In this document: positions 7,631 through 7,837 of the stretch, piece by piece
How positions within the stretch are numbered: position 1 is the stretch's first letter
Layout of the letters: the number at the start of each line of letters is the position of its first letter
Virus record (IMG/VR): IMGVR_UViG_2711768019_000001
Source: a virus
Taxonomy: Duplodnaviria; Heunggongvirae; Uroviricota; Caudoviricetes
Direction: 5' to 3' (one strand)
DNA length: 7,837 bases
Notes under the pieces: generated by a model
Seen by the model: only the letters and a program-made list of their open reading frames with translations
What the model was told of the DNA's origin: nothing
Database searches by the model: none
Made by a program: the position numbers and the translations under genes

Positions 7631-7729
7631 ACCATCGTTACCACCTGGGCCAGTGATTAACACAGATGCTATAGCAACAGCCCCGCCACCAATAGCAACT
7701 GCAACAGCCTTGCGTAATGATGGCGACAT
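7631..7729 (-). CDS. SAR (signal-arrest-release) endolysin, phage 21 R21-like, N-terminal 33 codons only (remainder lies in the N gap)
   Basis: ATG at 7727-7729 with GAGAGGTG 6 nt upstream. Translation [33 protein letters not shown] is a basic N-terminus followed by a Gly/Ala-rich weakly hydrophobic segment, the hallmark of SAR domains, and closely resembles my recollection of the phage 21 R21 N-terminus ([33 protein letters not shown]). The downstream Rz/Rz1 pair fits a lysis cassette. Confidence 0.7.
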
Positions 7730-7783
7730 TATTCACCTCTCGCAGCCTTACTAGACTGGCCCCCTGAATCTCCAGACAACCAG

Positions 7784-7803
7784 TATCACTTAAATAAGTG
7801 ATA
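7784..7803. promoter_or_regulatory. inverted repeat TATCACTTA-AA-TAAGTGATA (9-bp arms, 2-bp spacer) in the leader upstream of the endolysin gene; candidate operator for a dimeric DNA-binding protein
   Basis: Read directly from the sequence. It sits in an 84-nt stretch (7754-7837) with stop codons in all three minus-strand frames. On the minus strand it overlaps a weak sigma70-like promoter candidate: TTAAGA (7810-7805), 17-nt spacer, GATACT (7787-7782). TATCAC/GTGATA half-sites recall lambdoid repressor operators, but the half-site spacing differs from lambda cI sites. Confidence 0.3.
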
Positions 7804-7837
7804 GTCTTAATACTAGTTTTTAGACTAGTCATTGGAG

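Noticed and set aside
7811-7830. Resemblance of TACTAGTTTTTAGACTAGTC to the TrpR operator (GTACTAGTTAACTAGTAC)
   Set aside because: The two ACTAGT elements are spaced 12 bp centre to centre here rather than the 8 bp of the trp operator, so a TrpR site is not supported. Kept only as part of the CTAG-rich leader observation.
7638-7832. 64-aa minus-strand ORF (MTSLKTSIKT...) upstream of and overlapping the endolysin start, considered as the missing holin
   Set aside because: No hydrophobic transmembrane segment, Cys/Trp-rich tail, and it starts inside the palindromic leader and runs out of frame across the endolysin start and into the gap. Not holin-like.
1-7837. tRNA genes, CRISPR arrays, insertion-sequence ends or integrase
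   Set aside because: No cloverleaf-compatible segments, no regularly spaced direct repeats, no terminal inverted repeats flanking a transposase-like ORF, and no recombinase-like ORF were seen in the real-base portions of the window.

Overview
This window reads as the late region of a tailed-phage (probably prophage) genome from an enterobacterial-type host, with all phage genes on the minus strand. In transcription order (right to left): a SAR-type endolysin start (7729), an assembly gap of 535 N, an embedded Rz/Rz1 spanin pair, then terS, terL, portal, a MuF/SPP1-gp7-like head morphogenesis gene, a 406-aa scaffold-like gene and a 168-aa structural gene. One AT-rich plus-strand gene, a DedA/YqaA-like membrane protein, sits between the lysis genes and terS, where lambda carries bor. 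The most striking observation is that the portal frame (3933 to 2467) is contiguous but interrupted by two in-frame TAG codons, while every other gene is intact. Other points of interest are the absence of a holin in the 108 nt upstream of the endolysin, replaced by a CTAG-rich leader carrying a 9-2-9 inverted repeat, and the mosaic join of an SPP1-like head module to a lambdoid lysis cassette. All family assignments are from reading the translations and from memory of known proteins; no searches were run. All plus-strand ORFs that overlap the minus-strand genes are judged shadow ORFs.
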